Shown: positions 1 to 8,894 of the stretch, in pieces
Numbering within the stretch: position 1 is the stretch's first letter
Layout: each line of letters begins with the position of its first letter
The notes under the pieces: generated by a model
What the model was told of the DNA's origin: nothing
The model's database searches: none
Seen by the model: the letters and a program-made list of their open reading frames with translations, nothing else
Translations under genes and position numbers: made by a program
Source: Candidatus Woesebacteria bacterium
GTDB lineage: Bacteria > Patescibacteriota > Microgenomatia > UBA8517
Length of the DNA: 64,000 nucleotides
Reading direction: 5' to 3'
NCBI GenBank assembly: GCA_013374835.1
Contig: CP055307.1
Location: 146,622 to 210,621 of the forward strand

Positions 1-966
1 ATTTTTTTTCCGGTAGCAGTTAACGATCTCAGTTCTGAATCCGGTTTTTTAGGTATACCGCTTATGTACGACGGATTAGGCTTGTTTATTAATGAAGAAA
101 TATTCTCAACTTATGCAAGACCGACACCCGAAACCTGGGATGAATTAAGAGATACTGCCGTAGCATTAACTATAAAAAACGAAAATGGATTTATAACACA
201 GGCTGGAGTGGCTCTGGGAAATGCAAAAAATGTCGATCACTGGCAGGAAATCCTAGCGTTAATGATGCTTCAAAATGGAGCAGATTTGAATAAACCGGTT
301 GATCAAAGAACTCAAGGAGCAATCGACTGGTTTGTTTCTATCTCAAGAGATTACAAAATTTGGGACGATACGCTCCCGCCCTCTACTGTTTATTTTGCCA
401 GCGGTAAACTTGCAATGTATTTTGGTCCGTCTTGGCGTGCCATTGAAATTATCAACCAAAATCCAAATCTCAAATTTAGAGTTGTCCCTGTTCCACAGCT
501 TCCCAAAAGCGATCCGTCCGAAAAAGACACGACTTATGCGACATATTGGATAGAATCCGTGTGGAATGAAAGTAAAAATCAAGATGAGGCTTGGAAATTC
601 ATAAAATACCTATCCGAAAAAGAAACTTTACAAAAATTCTACCAGAGTGCAACACAAAGCTCTGCCGCAAGAAGGTTTGGCGAACCATACCCAAGGCGTG
701 ATATGTATGAATCACTTCTAAACGATCCTGTTTTGGGTGGAATAATCAAACTAGCCCCAGACGCAAAGAGCTGGTACTTAGCCTCACGAACATTCGACGG
801 CAAAACTGGGATAAATTCTCGATTAAGCGGATACTTCGAAGATGCAATAAACAAAGCTCTTTCATTACGATTAACAGACAAAGATATGCAAACTTTGTCA
901 ACAGGTGTACAAACGGTACTTTCAGATTATCAATTAATAGCCCCGCCCGTTATCCCAGCAAATTAA
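1..966 (+). CDS. ABC transporter extracellular solute-binding protein (sugar-binding family), 5'-truncated by window edge
   Basis: Frame open from base 1; motifs GIPL.YDGL.LF.N, P.TWDEL, F..GK.AM..GPSW and AWKFIKYL are typical of family 1 solute-binding proteins. Confidence 0.8.
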   Translation: MFFPVAVNDLSSESGFLGIPLMYDGLGLFINEEIFSTYARPTPETWDELRDTAVALTIKNENGFITQAGVALGNAKNVDHWQEILALMMLQNGADLNKPVDQRTQGAIDWFVSISRDYKIWDDTLPPSTVYFASGKLAMYFGPSWRAIEIINQNPNLKFRVVPVPQLPKSDPSEKDTTYATYWIESVWNESKNQDEAWKFIKYLSEKETLQKFYQSATQSSAARRFGEPYPRRDMYESLLNDPVLGGIIKLAPDAKSWYLASRTFDGKTGINSRLSGYFEDAINKALSLRLTDKDMQTLSTGVQTVLSDYQLIAPPVIPAN

Positions 967-970
967 AAAA

Positions 971-1780
971 ATGCTGTCTCAAAAAAAGCTTTTCTCGCTT
1001 CTTTATCACGATATCTTTGATTATCCGCTAACTAGCGAAGAACTCAACAAGTGGCTCGCCGGAAGTATTATTTCCAAAAAAGATATCGATATAGATTTCT
1101 CGGACGGCTATTACTTTCTTAAAGGACGAAAAAAACTTGTTAAAAAAAGGCTCAAAAGAGCAAGGTATTCGAAAAAAAAATTTTCAATTGCTCAAAAAAA
1201 AGCTTTATTAATAGCAAAAATACCGACAGTAAAATTTGTCGGTATTACTGGATCTCTTGCTATGGATAATTGTAAAATAGATTCCGACATAGATTTTATA
1301 CTTATAACAAAATCACACACGCTTTGGATAACAAGACTGTTTGTTTATCTGCTGCTTCTAATTACGCGCACAAAAGTAAGACACCCAAAAGATAGTATTG
1401 AAAACAATAAGCTTTGTTTAAATATTTGGATGGACGAATTAAATCTAAAAATAAATAAAAAAAATATATATACGGCCCACGAGTTAGCTCAAATTAAGCC
1501 ACTTGTTGACAAAGACAATGTCTTCTCTGAGCTTATTTATGCCAATAGTTGGATATTAAAATATTGGCCAAATGCAGTTAATTTAAGCAAAACTTTTTCT
1601 GGTAAATCCGAATTAAACAAAAAAAATACCTGTTTCTTAATTAAATTTTTAAATAAACTATTTTTTAAAGCCCAACTCTTTTATATGAAACCAAAGCATA
1701 CAAACGAAAAAACTACTCTTTTTCAAGCATTTTTTCATCCGAACGACCTGTCAATAAAAGTGCTTAAAAGACTTAGCTAA
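971..1780 (+). CDS. Nucleotidyltransferase-domain protein (Pol-beta superfamily)
   Basis: GITGSLA...DSDIDFILI matches the hG[GS]x9-13DhDh signature. Confidence 0.65.
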   Translation: MLSQKKLFSLLYHDIFDYPLTSEELNKWLAGSIISKKDIDIDFSDGYYFLKGRKKLVKKRLKRARYSKKKFSIAQKKALLIAKIPTVKFVGITGSLAMDNCKIDSDIDFILITKSHTLWITRLFVYLLLLITRTKVRHPKDSIENNKLCLNIWMDELNLKINKKNIYTAHELAQIKPLVDKDNVFSELIYANSWILKYWPNAVNLSKTFSGKSELNKKNTCFLIKFLNKLFFKAQLFYMKPKHTNEKTTLFQAFFHPNDLSIKVLKRLS

Positions 1781-1795
1781 AAAAGGAAGTAACTC

Positions 1796-1824
1796 TTGAC
1801 AACACAGACACCCTTTTTTAAAAT
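1796..1824 (+). promoter_or_regulatory. Sigma70-type promoter P1 of groESL
   Basis: TTGACA (1796-1801), 17-nt spacer, TAAAAT (1819-1824). Confidence 0.75.
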
Positions 1825-1832
1825 AGCCTTCG

Positions 1833-1859
1833 TAAGCACTATCAAACAAAGAGTGCTAA
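1833..1859 (+). promoter_or_regulatory. CIRCE element (HrcA operator)
   Basis: TAAGCACTA-N9-GAGTGCTAA versus consensus TTAGCACTC-N9-GAGTGCTAA, directly upstream of groES. Confidence 0.9.
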
Positions 1860-1867
1860 AAAAACAC

Positions 1868-1895
1868 TTGACAAGTGTTTTTTTATTAATATAAT
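1868..1895 (+). promoter_or_regulatory. Second sigma70-type promoter P2 of groESL
   Basis: TTGACA (1868-1873), 16-nt spacer, TATAAT (1890-1895); the -35 lies inside a perfect palindrome at 1858-1884. Confidence 0.6.
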
Positions 1896-1907
1896 TCAAA
1901 AATAGTT

Positions 1908-2234
1908 ATGGCAAAGAAAAGAGAAATAAAAAAAGTTAATCTTAATCTTCAACCAACCGCAGGGTATCTTATAATTGAGCCCTTTGAAGCAGAAACCAAA
2001 ACAAGCTCGGGTATATATCTTCCTGATTCTGCAGAAGGTGAAAAACCCCAAAAGGGTAGAGTGTTGGCAATTGGTCCTGATGAAATAACAGACTCCGGGG
2101 TTAAAAAAACATCACCGGCAAAAATAAACGACATTGTTATTTATAAAAAATGGGGTGGAACGGAAGTTAAAATAAACTCAAAAGAATATCTTTTTGCAAA
2201 ATTCGAAGACATTCTGGCAATAGAAAAAAATTAA
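1908..2234 (+). CDS. groES: Co-chaperonin GroES
   Basis: [21 protein letters not shown] and EDILA motifs; directly precedes groEL. Confidence 0.97.
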   Translation: MAKKREIKKVNLNLQPTAGYLIIEPFEAETKTSSGIYLPDSAEGEKPQKGRVLAIGPDEITDSGVKKTSPAKINDIVIYKKWGGTEVKINSKEYLFAKFEDILAIEKN

Positions 2235-2236
2235 TT

Positions 2237-3865
2237 ATGGCAAAACAACTAAAATTTGGCGACGAAGCAAGAACATCCCTAATGAAGGGAATAGACATAG
2301 TGGCAAAGGCAGTAGTAACAACTCTTGGACCAAAAGGAAGAAACGTAGCTTTGGATAAAAAATGGGGTGCTCCAAACATTGTTCACGACGGCGTCTCTGT
2401 GGCTAAAGAGATAGACCTTGAAGATCCTTTTCAAAATATGGGAGCGCAAATAGTTAAAGAAGCGGCAAGTAAAACCAACGACGCAGCAGGCGATGGAACA
2501 ACAACTTCAACTCTTCTTGCACAGGCAATGTCACGGTCTGGGATGAAAAATATCGCCGCAGGAGCAAATCCAATGATAGTTAAAAAAGGCATGGAAAAAG
2601 CAATATCCGAAACGGTTAAGGAATTAAAAATGATGGCTAAACCCATTAAGAATAAAGAAGAAATCGAACAAGTTGCAACGGTGTCTGCAGGAGACGAGAA
2701 AATCGGTAAAAAAATTGCTGAAGCTCTCGAGAAAGTAGGTAGGGACGGTGTTGTTACCGTAGAAGAAGGCAGAGGATTAAGTATAGAAATAGAATATAAG
2801 GAAGGAATGGAATTTGATAGGGGCTACGCGAGTGCATACTTTGTAACAAACCCTGAAAAAATGGAGGCGGAAATAGAGAATCCCTACATTTTAGTTACCG
2901 ATAAAAAAATTTCTTCGATTCAAGAATTATTGCCGTTTCTTGAAAAATTTGTAAAAGTAAGTAAGGATTTGGTAATTATAGCCGACGAGATAGAAGGTGA
3001 AGCCCTGGCTACGTTAGTAGTAAACAAGCTACGCGGTACATTCAATGTTTTAGCTATTAAAGCACCGGGATTTGGTGATAGAAGAAAAGAAATGTTGGAA
3101 GATATCGCCGTTTTAACAGGAGCAGTTGTGATATCCGAAGATACCGGAAGAACATTTGAGTCAATAGAGGTAACTGATCTTGGGCAAGCCGATAAAGTCT
3201 GGGCAGATAAAGATAACTCAAGAATTATTGGGGGTAAAGGGGCTTCGGAAAACATCAAAGCAAGGATAGCTCTTATTAAAAGACAAATTGAAGAAACAGA
3301 CAGCGATTTTGACAAAGAAAAACTTGAAGAAAGGCTGGCAAAATTAACAGGTGGAGTAGCACAAATTAACGTAGGAGCTGCTACAGAAGTGGAGCTCAAC
3401 GAGAGAAAAGAACGGGTTAAAGACGCTGTTGGAGCTACAAAAGCCGCAATCGAAGAGGGAATTGTGCCCGGCGGAGGAATTGCGTTTTTAAGAGCAAGAA
3501 AAGCACTTTCGAACTTAACAAGTAATATTAAAGATGAGCAAACAGGTATTGAAATAGTTAAAAACGCTCTTGAGGAGCCGCTTCGTTGGTTGGTTAAAAA
3601 CGCAGGAGAAGATGACGGTTACGTACTTAAAAAGGTTGAAGAAAATAAAAACGTTGATTATGGCTACAATGTACTCACCGGGGAGTTTGGTTCAATGATT
3701 GACTTTGGTCTTCTAGATCCTCTTAAAGTTGCCCGCTCAGCGCTCCAAAACGCTGGCTCGGTAGCCATGATGGTTTTAACCACAGAGGCACTTGTTACAG
3801 ATATTCCGGAAGAAAAAAAGGAAAGTTCATCTTCCCCCGGAATGCCAGACATGGGTGGCATGTAA
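2237..3865 (+). CDS. groEL: Chaperonin GroEL
   Basis: [23 protein letters not shown] and a C-terminal GM repeat. Confidence 0.99.
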   Translation: MAKQLKFGDEARTSLMKGIDIVAKAVVTTLGPKGRNVALDKKWGAPNIVHDGVSVAKEIDLEDPFQNMGAQIVKEAASKTNDAAGDGTTTSTLLAQAMSRSGMKNIAAGANPMIVKKGMEKAISETVKELKMMAKPIKNKEEIEQVATVSAGDEKIGKKIAEALEKVGRDGVVTVEEGRGLSIEIEYKEGMEFDRGYASAYFVTNPEKMEAEIENPYILVTDKKISSIQELLPFLEKFVKVSKDLVIIADEIEGEALATLVVNKLRGTFNVLAIKAPGFGDRRKEMLEDIAVLTGAVVISEDTGRTFESIEVTDLGQADKVWADKDNSRIIGGKGASENIKARIALIKRQIEETDSDFDKEKLEERLAKLTGGVAQINVGAATEVELNERKERVKDAVGATKAAIEEGIVPGGGIAFLRARKALSNLTSNIKDEQTGIEIVKNALEEPLRWLVKNAGEDDGYVLKKVEENKNVDYGYNVLTGEFGSMIDFGLLDPLKVARSALQNAGSVAMMVLTTEALVTDIPEEKKESSSSPGMPDMGGM

Positions 3866-3890
3866 CTTCTCTTTGATATAAAATAGGTTA

Positions 3891-4490
3891 ATGCCCGATA
3901 AACAAAAGCGTAAAAAAAGAATTAGGCCAATTATCGAAGAAGAAATTTTAATAAAAGAGCCTACTCCCGAGCCTTTACAGCAACAATACCCAGAAAAAAC
4001 AAATCTCAAACTAATTTTTTTTCTTACGGTTATAACAGCACTTGTTGTCGGTTTTGTTTCAGGTGGTGTTTATGTTTATTTTTCCGGAATTTCTGCTGTG
4101 CAGGATTCTGAAAAATCAACACCCATACCGTCTCCGACAATTACCCCCGAACCAAGCGCTACTCCCAAGCAAACTCCGGAATCCGAAGAAATTGACCTTT
4201 CTCAATATAAAATAAGCGTGCTTAATGGAAGCGGAAAAATTGGCGAGGCATCCAAAGTAAGTTCTCTTCTGGAAGAAAATGGTTTTAAAGTCGAAAATAT
4301 TGGTAACGCAAGTAGGTACGACTTTGAAAACACTGTTTTACAAACAAAAAAGCAGACCCCGCAAAGCGTTGTTGTATTGCTCAAAAAGGCACTTAGCTCA
4401 ATTTACTTAGTTGAAATAGACTCTAAAAACCTTCCCGAGAGTAGCGAATTTGATTTTATAATTACTGTTGGCTCAAAACTTGCGCAATAA
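3891..4490 (+). CDS. Membrane-anchored LytR C-terminal domain protein
   Basis: Single TM helix, Pro/Thr linker, ISVLNGSGKIGEA...GNA...IITVG. Confidence 0.75.
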   Translation: MPDKQKRKKRIRPIIEEEILIKEPTPEPLQQQYPEKTNLKLIFFLTVITALVVGFVSGGVYVYFSGISAVQDSEKSTPIPSPTITPEPSATPKQTPESEEIDLSQYKISVLNGSGKIGEASKVSSLLEENGFKVENIGNASRYDFENTVLQTKKQTPQSVVVLLKKALSSIYLVEIDSKNLPESSEFDFIITVGSKLAQ

Positions 4491-4492
4491 AA

Positions 4493-5176
4493 CTATTTTT
4501 CGATTTCAGGCAAAACAGTTAAAGGATTAATGTTTTTCCCATCTTTTCTTAACTCGAAATGTAAATGGTCGCCAAAAGCCCTTCCTGTTGCGCCAATTTC
4601 ACCAATCTTTGTACCCATTTCTACCCGTTGGTCTCTTTCAACCTCAATTCTAGATAAATGAGCATAAAGGCTTACCAAGCCGTTTCCGTGAGAAATTAAC
4701 ACGGCATTTCCGTAAGCAAATCTTGAATATTGAATCTCAAGCACCTCGCCCCTCATTATCGAAAATATGGGGTCTCCGGTTTTTCCGTCGAAGTCAATAG
4801 CTTGGTGAAAAAAGTGATACCCTTGGCTTATTACAACACTCTCTACGGGAAAAATTAAACCTCTTTGTGTCTCAAAATTTATCTTATCTTCAACAGTAAC
4901 AATGCTGTTTTGAGTTTCAGCCACAGCAATGCCGGATGCTGGAAAAACAGAGCTTGCCATTGCAAACAATGCAAGATTGGTCCCCAAAATACTCCTCGTT
5001 CTTTTGTGCTCAAAGATATGCCTGAAAAACCGGCTTATTTTATTCCCACGTCGAACTCTCCGAATCTTGGAAAAAGATGGAATAATTGGTTCGGTCAAAC
5101 TCTCCCCCCTACGCCGTTTCACTAAACATAGATCCAGGCGATATCTCGGGGACAGGTTAATGGATAGCTTATTCAT
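4493..5176 (-). CDS. M23 family metallopeptidase
   Basis: HQAID (HxxxD), YGNAV, YAHL and HLHFE zinc motifs. Confidence 0.92.
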   Translation of the reverse strand: MNKLSINLSPRYRLDLCLVKRRRGESLTEPIIPSFSKIRRVRRGNKISRFFRHIFEHKRTRSILGTNLALFAMASSVFPASGIAVAETQNSIVTVEDKINFETQRGLIFPVESVVISQGYHFFHQAIDFDGKTGDPIFSIMRGEVLEIQYSRFAYGNAVLISHGNGLVSLYAHLSRIEVERDQRVEMGTKIGEIGATGRAFGDHLHFELRKDGKNINPLTVLPEIEK

Positions 5177-5223
5177 AGTTCCTTGGCATTTAAGTTAAAA
5201 ACTTATTCCAAGGTTTTATAAAC

Positions 5224-5251
5224 AAAAAAATCTCGCTTAATTTAAGCGAGA
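5224..5251 (-). terminator. Hairpin plus U-tract (intrinsic terminator-like) upstream of the M23 gene
   Basis: Minus strand reads TCTCGCTT-AAATT-AAGCGAGA followed by TTTTTTT. Confidence 0.55.
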
Positions 5252-5257
5252 GAACAT

Positions 5258-5286
5258 ATTATATCCTAATTGTCAAAAACTTTCAA
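5258..5286 (-). promoter_or_regulatory. Sigma70-type promoter facing the M23 peptidase gene
   Basis: Minus strand TTGAAA (5286-5281), 17-nt spacer, TATAAT (5263-5258). Confidence 0.65.
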
Positions 5287-6245
5287 TTTTTTGTACAGGA
5301 TCGTAACATATTCGACATACCTCCTTCCTGGATGAGATAGTCTGTTGGTGTCATATTACCTAGGGATTCATGTACTCTCTGGCAGTTGTAGTATATCAGG
5401 TACTTTGCAAGACGTTGATTGTAAGCTTTCTGGTTGTAGATAAGGTGGAGGTTGGGGTCAATAAAATCTTCCTGGATGGTCCTGTTGAAGCGCTCTACCA
5501 CCCCCTGGATCTTGGACATTCTGGGGTATATAAAAATGTGTTTGATGTTTTGTTTTTCTAGGTAAACCCTGAATTGTTTGAGAAACTCTTTACCATTGTC
5601 AGTCTGGACTGTGTGGATTTTGTAGGGAATAAGTGTTTGGAATTTCTTGAAGAAGTCCACAGTGTTAACTGAATTTAAGTGTTTGTAGGTCAGGGAAAGG
5701 GCAGACTTTCCCTTCACATCAATTGCCTGGTACATATACCACCTAATGCCATCAATGATTTTCTCCACAGTATCAGCTTGGATGTATCCCAGAGTTTCTG
5801 GTTTGGGTGCATATTTAATTCTGTTCTTCTTGCTCTTAGTCTTGTTTTGAGCCCATTTAGAGGCTGGATTGTGGTATACTCTGCCTGTTTTGTAATAAAA
5901 TAGATTGTTTCTTGAGATAATCCTCCCAATGGTAGCCTCTGATACTGTTAGGAGATTATTTTCTCTGCAGTATGCATCAAGTAAGGGTTTAAGCTTCTTC
6001 TTGCTCATTCTGGGGACAAACTCTCTTTGGGATTTAATATAATCAACAATTTTAGGATCCACTACTGACCTTCTTACCCCCCTTGGAGCTGTGGAGTCTG
6101 GAACTAACCCCTGGATACTCTTTCTCTCTAGTACTCTTTTCTTCCAGGTGAAGATAAGCTTGCGATCTACTCCAAAGGCCTCTTTTGTGGCAACCTCTCC
6201 ATGTTTGGCATAATACTTAATTATTCTTAGTCTTTCCTGGGCCAC
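5283..6245 (-). CDS. DDE transposase (rve integrase core, IS481-like); true N-terminus possibly frameshifted
   Basis: IQADTVE, VQTDNGKEF, VVERFNRTIQ and YN..R.H.SL...TP motifs; N-terminal HTH-like region. Confidence 0.9.
   Translation of the reverse strand: MAQERLRIIKYYAKHGEVATKEAFGVDRKLIFTWKKRVLERKSIQGLVPDSTAPRGVRRSVVDPKIVDYIKSQREFVPRMSKKKLKPLLDAYCRENNLLTVSEATIGRIISRNNLFYYKTGRVYHNPASKWAQNKTKSKKNRIKYAPKPETLGYIQADTVEKIIDGIRWYMYQAIDVKGKSALSLTYKHLNSVNTVDFFKKFQTLIPYKIHTVQTDNGKEFLKQFRVYLEKQNIKHIFIYPRMSKIQGVVERFNRTIQEDFIDPNLHLIYNQKAYNQRLAKYLIYYNCQRVHESLGNMTPTDYLIQEGGMSNMLRSCTKN
5292..5318. repeat. IS terminal inverted repeat at the transposase 3' end
   Basis: TGTACAGGATCGTAACATATTCGACAT. Confidence 0.85.
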
Positions 6246-6367
6246 CTCACTTTGATCAAATCTTCTCAGTGGGAAATCAAGTTCATCACCTCCTTGGAAT
6301 TCTTGATTTTACCCATTACAAACTCAGATTTCATGCTTACCCCAGTGGATCTTGCCATGCTTACTCA

Positions 6368-6395
6368 ATGTCGAATATGTATCTGATCCTGTGCA
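6368..6395. repeat. IS terminal inverted repeat at the transposase 5' end
   Basis: Reverse complement is TGCACAGGATCAGATACATATTCGACAT, matching 5292-5318 except one substitution and a short central mismatch. Confidence 0.85.
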
Positions 6396-6431
6396 TTTTT
6401 TGCTAATATTAATTAAGGGGGTGATTAAATT

Positions 6432-6608
6432 ATGAAAAAAAAGGACTGGAGACTTTTGTCGCAAGTTTTAATTGGGGCATCACTAATAGCAGTAATTCTA
6501 TCGGCAATGGGCTTTATGGGTTCTGATATATGGCTTGCATCAACACAATGGTTGCTTGTCGCGGCCGTCATGGCTTTATTTGGTATCTATAGCCGTCTAA
6601 ATTCATAA
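6432..6608 (+). CDS. 58-aa small membrane protein with two predicted TM helices (not in ORF track)
   Basis: MKKKDWRLLSQVLIGASLIAVILSAMGFMGSDIWLASTQWLLVAAVMALFGIYSRLNS, preceded by the strong SD AAGGGGGTGA. Confidence 0.75.
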   Translation: MKKKDWRLLSQVLIGASLIAVILSAMGFMGSDIWLASTQWLLVAAVMALFGIYSRLNS

Positions 6609-6631
6609 ACTGCGGAATATATTCGTTAAAT

Positions 6632-6754
6632 ATGCGGAAAAAAAATTATTCAGTTCAAAAATGTCCTGTTTGTGGGTTTGAAATTGGCTCGGTGGCCGGC
6701 TCAAAAGACGCAATTTGCACCAATTGCGGTTTCAAAGACTCCTGTTGTGATTAA
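6632..6754 (+). CDS. 40-aa CPxCG-type zinc-finger microprotein (not in ORF track)
   Basis: MRKKNYSVQKCPVCGFEIGSVAGSKDAICTNCGFKDSCCD; two CxxCG knuckles plus a terminal CC. Confidence 0.7.
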   Translation: MRKKNYSVQKCPVCGFEIGSVAGSKDAICTNCGFKDSCCD

Positions 6755-6789
6755 CATGCTTTCAGTAAAGAACTTTGCTAAAATAATTT

Positions 6790-7503
6790 ATGATTAAAAA
6801 GTTTTTTTCCATTGTTTTCTTGTTCCTGTTTTTTTTCAGCAGCTTCACTGCGTCGGTTGATGCATCTATCATTAAGGTTACAAAGAATGGAAAAATTATA
6901 TGGGGGATTTTATCCTACGAATCCGATAATCAGATAAAGATTAAAAACATAGCAAGTGTTTCAGATAAAAACGAAGCGAATGAAATTTATCTTAAAAACG
7001 AAGGCGATAAATTAATGCTTGAAGTAAACTCCGAAGGTTCCATCAAAAAAGCCGATGTCACCAAATTTGAGGGGAATATACTTGAAATCGAAACTCACAA
7101 AAATCCACAAAATATAATAATTTATGAAAAAGACGGAAGGTTTGTAATCAATCAGCAAAACTATCTGGCAACAACATCTCTTTCAATCATTCTTAATCCT
7201 CAAGATCAAACGCTTTCTATTGGCACAAGCCGGGGCACAAGTAAAATAATTGTTCTTCCTCAAGAAGCGGTTTCAGGATTAATAAGAGCTAATATTATGA
7301 CAGATGCCAATAATTCGATTTTTTTGGATGAGAATGAAACTGGAATGCTAGTCTATAAAATAGATGGCAAAAAAACAATCGAAATTTTTAATCTTTTGGA
7401 AATTAACATTCCTGTTTTCGCCGAAGTATCGCCAACCGACGGAAAATTGGTCAACAAAATTGAACCAAAATGGTTTTCGGTTTTGGGATTTCTTTTTTCG
7501 TAA
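6790..7503 (+). CDS. Hypothetical exported protein
   Basis: N-terminal signal peptide (..SVDA), beta-rich body, hydrophobic C-terminus. Confidence 0.6.
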   Translation: MIKKFFSIVFLFLFFFSSFTASVDASIIKVTKNGKIIWGILSYESDNQIKIKNIASVSDKNEANEIYLKNEGDKLMLEVNSEGSIKKADVTKFEGNILEIETHKNPQNIIIYEKDGRFVINQQNYLATTSLSIILNPQDQTLSIGTSRGTSKIIVLPQEAVSGLIRANIMTDANNSIFLDENETGMLVYKIDGKKTIEIFNLLEINIPVFAEVSPTDGKLVNKIEPKWFSVLGFLFS

Positions 7504-7532
7504 GTAATTAATTTTTAAAGGAGGTGATTTTT

Positions 7533-7796
7533 ATGAACATAACAGTTTATACAACAACAACCTGTCCATATTGTAGAATGCTTAAAGAGTATTTTAATCA
7601 AAATTCGATTCCGTTTACTGAAAAACTTGTCGATCAAGATGATCAGGCAAGACAGCAAATGATGCTGGATTCAGGAGGATTTCTTGGGGTTCCGTTTACC
7701 ACAATAGAAAAAGAAGGTCTCCCCAAAGAAACCGTAGTTGGATTTGACAAAGCTAGATTAGATACTATCCTTGGTATTAATAATGATATTCATTAA
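7533..7796 (+). CDS. Glutaredoxin-like (NrdH-type) redoxin
   Basis: CPYC active site, GVP and VVGFD; SD AAGGAGGTGA places the start at ATG 7533. Confidence 0.9.
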   Translation: MNITVYTTTTCPYCRMLKEYFNQNSIPFTEKLVDQDDQARQQMMLDSGGFLGVPFTTIEKEGLPKETVVGFDKARLDTILGINNDIH

Positions 7797-8442
7797 TTTC
7801 AAAACTTACAGTCAAGGTACGGGCAAAAACGCCATGGGACTTGCCAAAATTATTAAGCAGGTTTCCGAAGAAACAGAATTTAAACTTATTCCAGTAGTGC
7901 AGGCTGTTGATATAAAAAGCATTGTTCAAGAAACAAAACTCGAGGTGTGGGCGCAACACTCCGACCCCGTTGAGTTTGGGCCCCATACGGGGAAAATTCT
8001 TCCCCAAGGTTTAAACGAGGCAGGCGCCTTAGGAACATTTCTCAATCATTCAGAAAACAAATTCGATAGTTTCCACGATCTCAAAAAAGCAAATGCACTA
8101 TGCCAAAAAAACGGCCTAAAAACACTTATTTTCGCATCAGATCTAAACGAAGCTAAAAGCATCATTTCTTTACGCCCAGATTATTTCGCATACGAGCCGC
8201 CAGAATTAATTGGAAGCAAAGATCTCTCCGTTGCCACCCAAAACCCCGATATTATTAAACAAGCGGCCATTCTTTCCCAAAAAACCAAAACCCCTTTAAT
8301 TGTAGGAGCCGGAATCCATAATAAGCTGGATATTCAAGTAAGTCTTAAACTTGGCGCTGACGGTTTTGCAGTTTCATCTGATATTCTAAAAGCAACAAGT
8401 CCAAAAAAAGAATTATTAGAGTTACTGGAGGGTTATAAATGA
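7783..8442 (+). CDS. tpiA: Triosephosphate isomerase, short archaeal-type
   Basis: INFKTY, NHSE, YEPPELIG and GAGI; start reassigned to MIFINFK. Confidence 0.93.
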   Translation: MIFINFKTYSQGTGKNAMGLAKIIKQVSEETEFKLIPVVQAVDIKSIVQETKLEVWAQHSDPVEFGPHTGKILPQGLNEAGALGTFLNHSENKFDSFHDLKKANALCQKNGLKTLIFASDLNEAKSIISLRPDYFAYEPPELIGSKDLSVATQNPDIIKQAAILSQKTKTPLIVGAGIHNKLDIQVSLKLGADGFAVSSDILKATSPKKELLELLEGYK

Positions 8443-8894
8443 AAATATATATAGCGTCAGATCACGGAGGTTATTACCTCAAAGAAGAGCTTAAAAACTA
8501 TTTATCTTCAAAAGGTTATTCTGTCACTGACATGGGAAATTCAAAATTTGATAAAAACGACGACTATACAGATTTTATTTTTCCTCTTTCTGAAAAAGTT
8601 GCAAAAGACAAAGGTTCTATGGGAATTGTTTTAGGAAGATCCGGGAATGGCGAGGCAATCGCAGCCAATAAAGTTAAGGGAATAAGGGCAGCACTTTGTC
8701 TAAGCGAACGTCATGCCAAAAAAGCTCGCGACAATAATGATGCAAACACTCTTTGTCTGGGTGCAGACTTTATTTCTTCTACTACGGCCAAAAAAATTGT
8801 TGACACCTTTTTAAAAACACGATTTTCAAGAGCAAAAAGGCACAACAGAAGAGTTTCCAAAATAAAAAAATATGAATCTACCCACTTTAAATAG
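8439..8894 (+). CDS. rpiB: Ribose-5-phosphate isomerase B
   Basis: IASDHGG, DDY, G.SGNG..IAANKVKGIRA, RH.RRV. Confidence 0.93.
   Translation: MKIYIASDHGGYYLKEELKNYLSSKGYSVTDMGNSKFDKNDDYTDFIFPLSEKVAKDKGSMGIVLGRSGNGEAIAANKVKGIRAALCLSERHAKKARDNNDANTLCLGADFISSTTAKKIVDTFLKTRFSRAKRHNRRVSKIKKYESTHFK

Larger units (their letters stand above)
5292..6395 (-). mobile_element. IS481-family-like insertion sequence, 1104 bp
   Basis: Imperfect terminal inverted repeats, TTTTT on both flanks (5287-5291 and 6396-6400; possible 5-bp target duplication), single DDE transposase. Confidence 0.85.

Noticed and set aside
971-1780. Nucleotidyltransferase as the MNT antitoxin of the HEPN protein, or as the CCA-adding enzyme
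   Set aside because: It lies 22 kb from the HEPN gene, is larger than a minimal MNT, and lacks recognisable CCA-enzyme motifs
2920-3399. 159-aa antisense ORF within groEL, and similar ones within ftsH, nrdJ, the P-type ATPase and trxB (61263-61796)
   Set aside because: Shadow ORFs on the reverse strand of conserved genes, with no motifs or start signals
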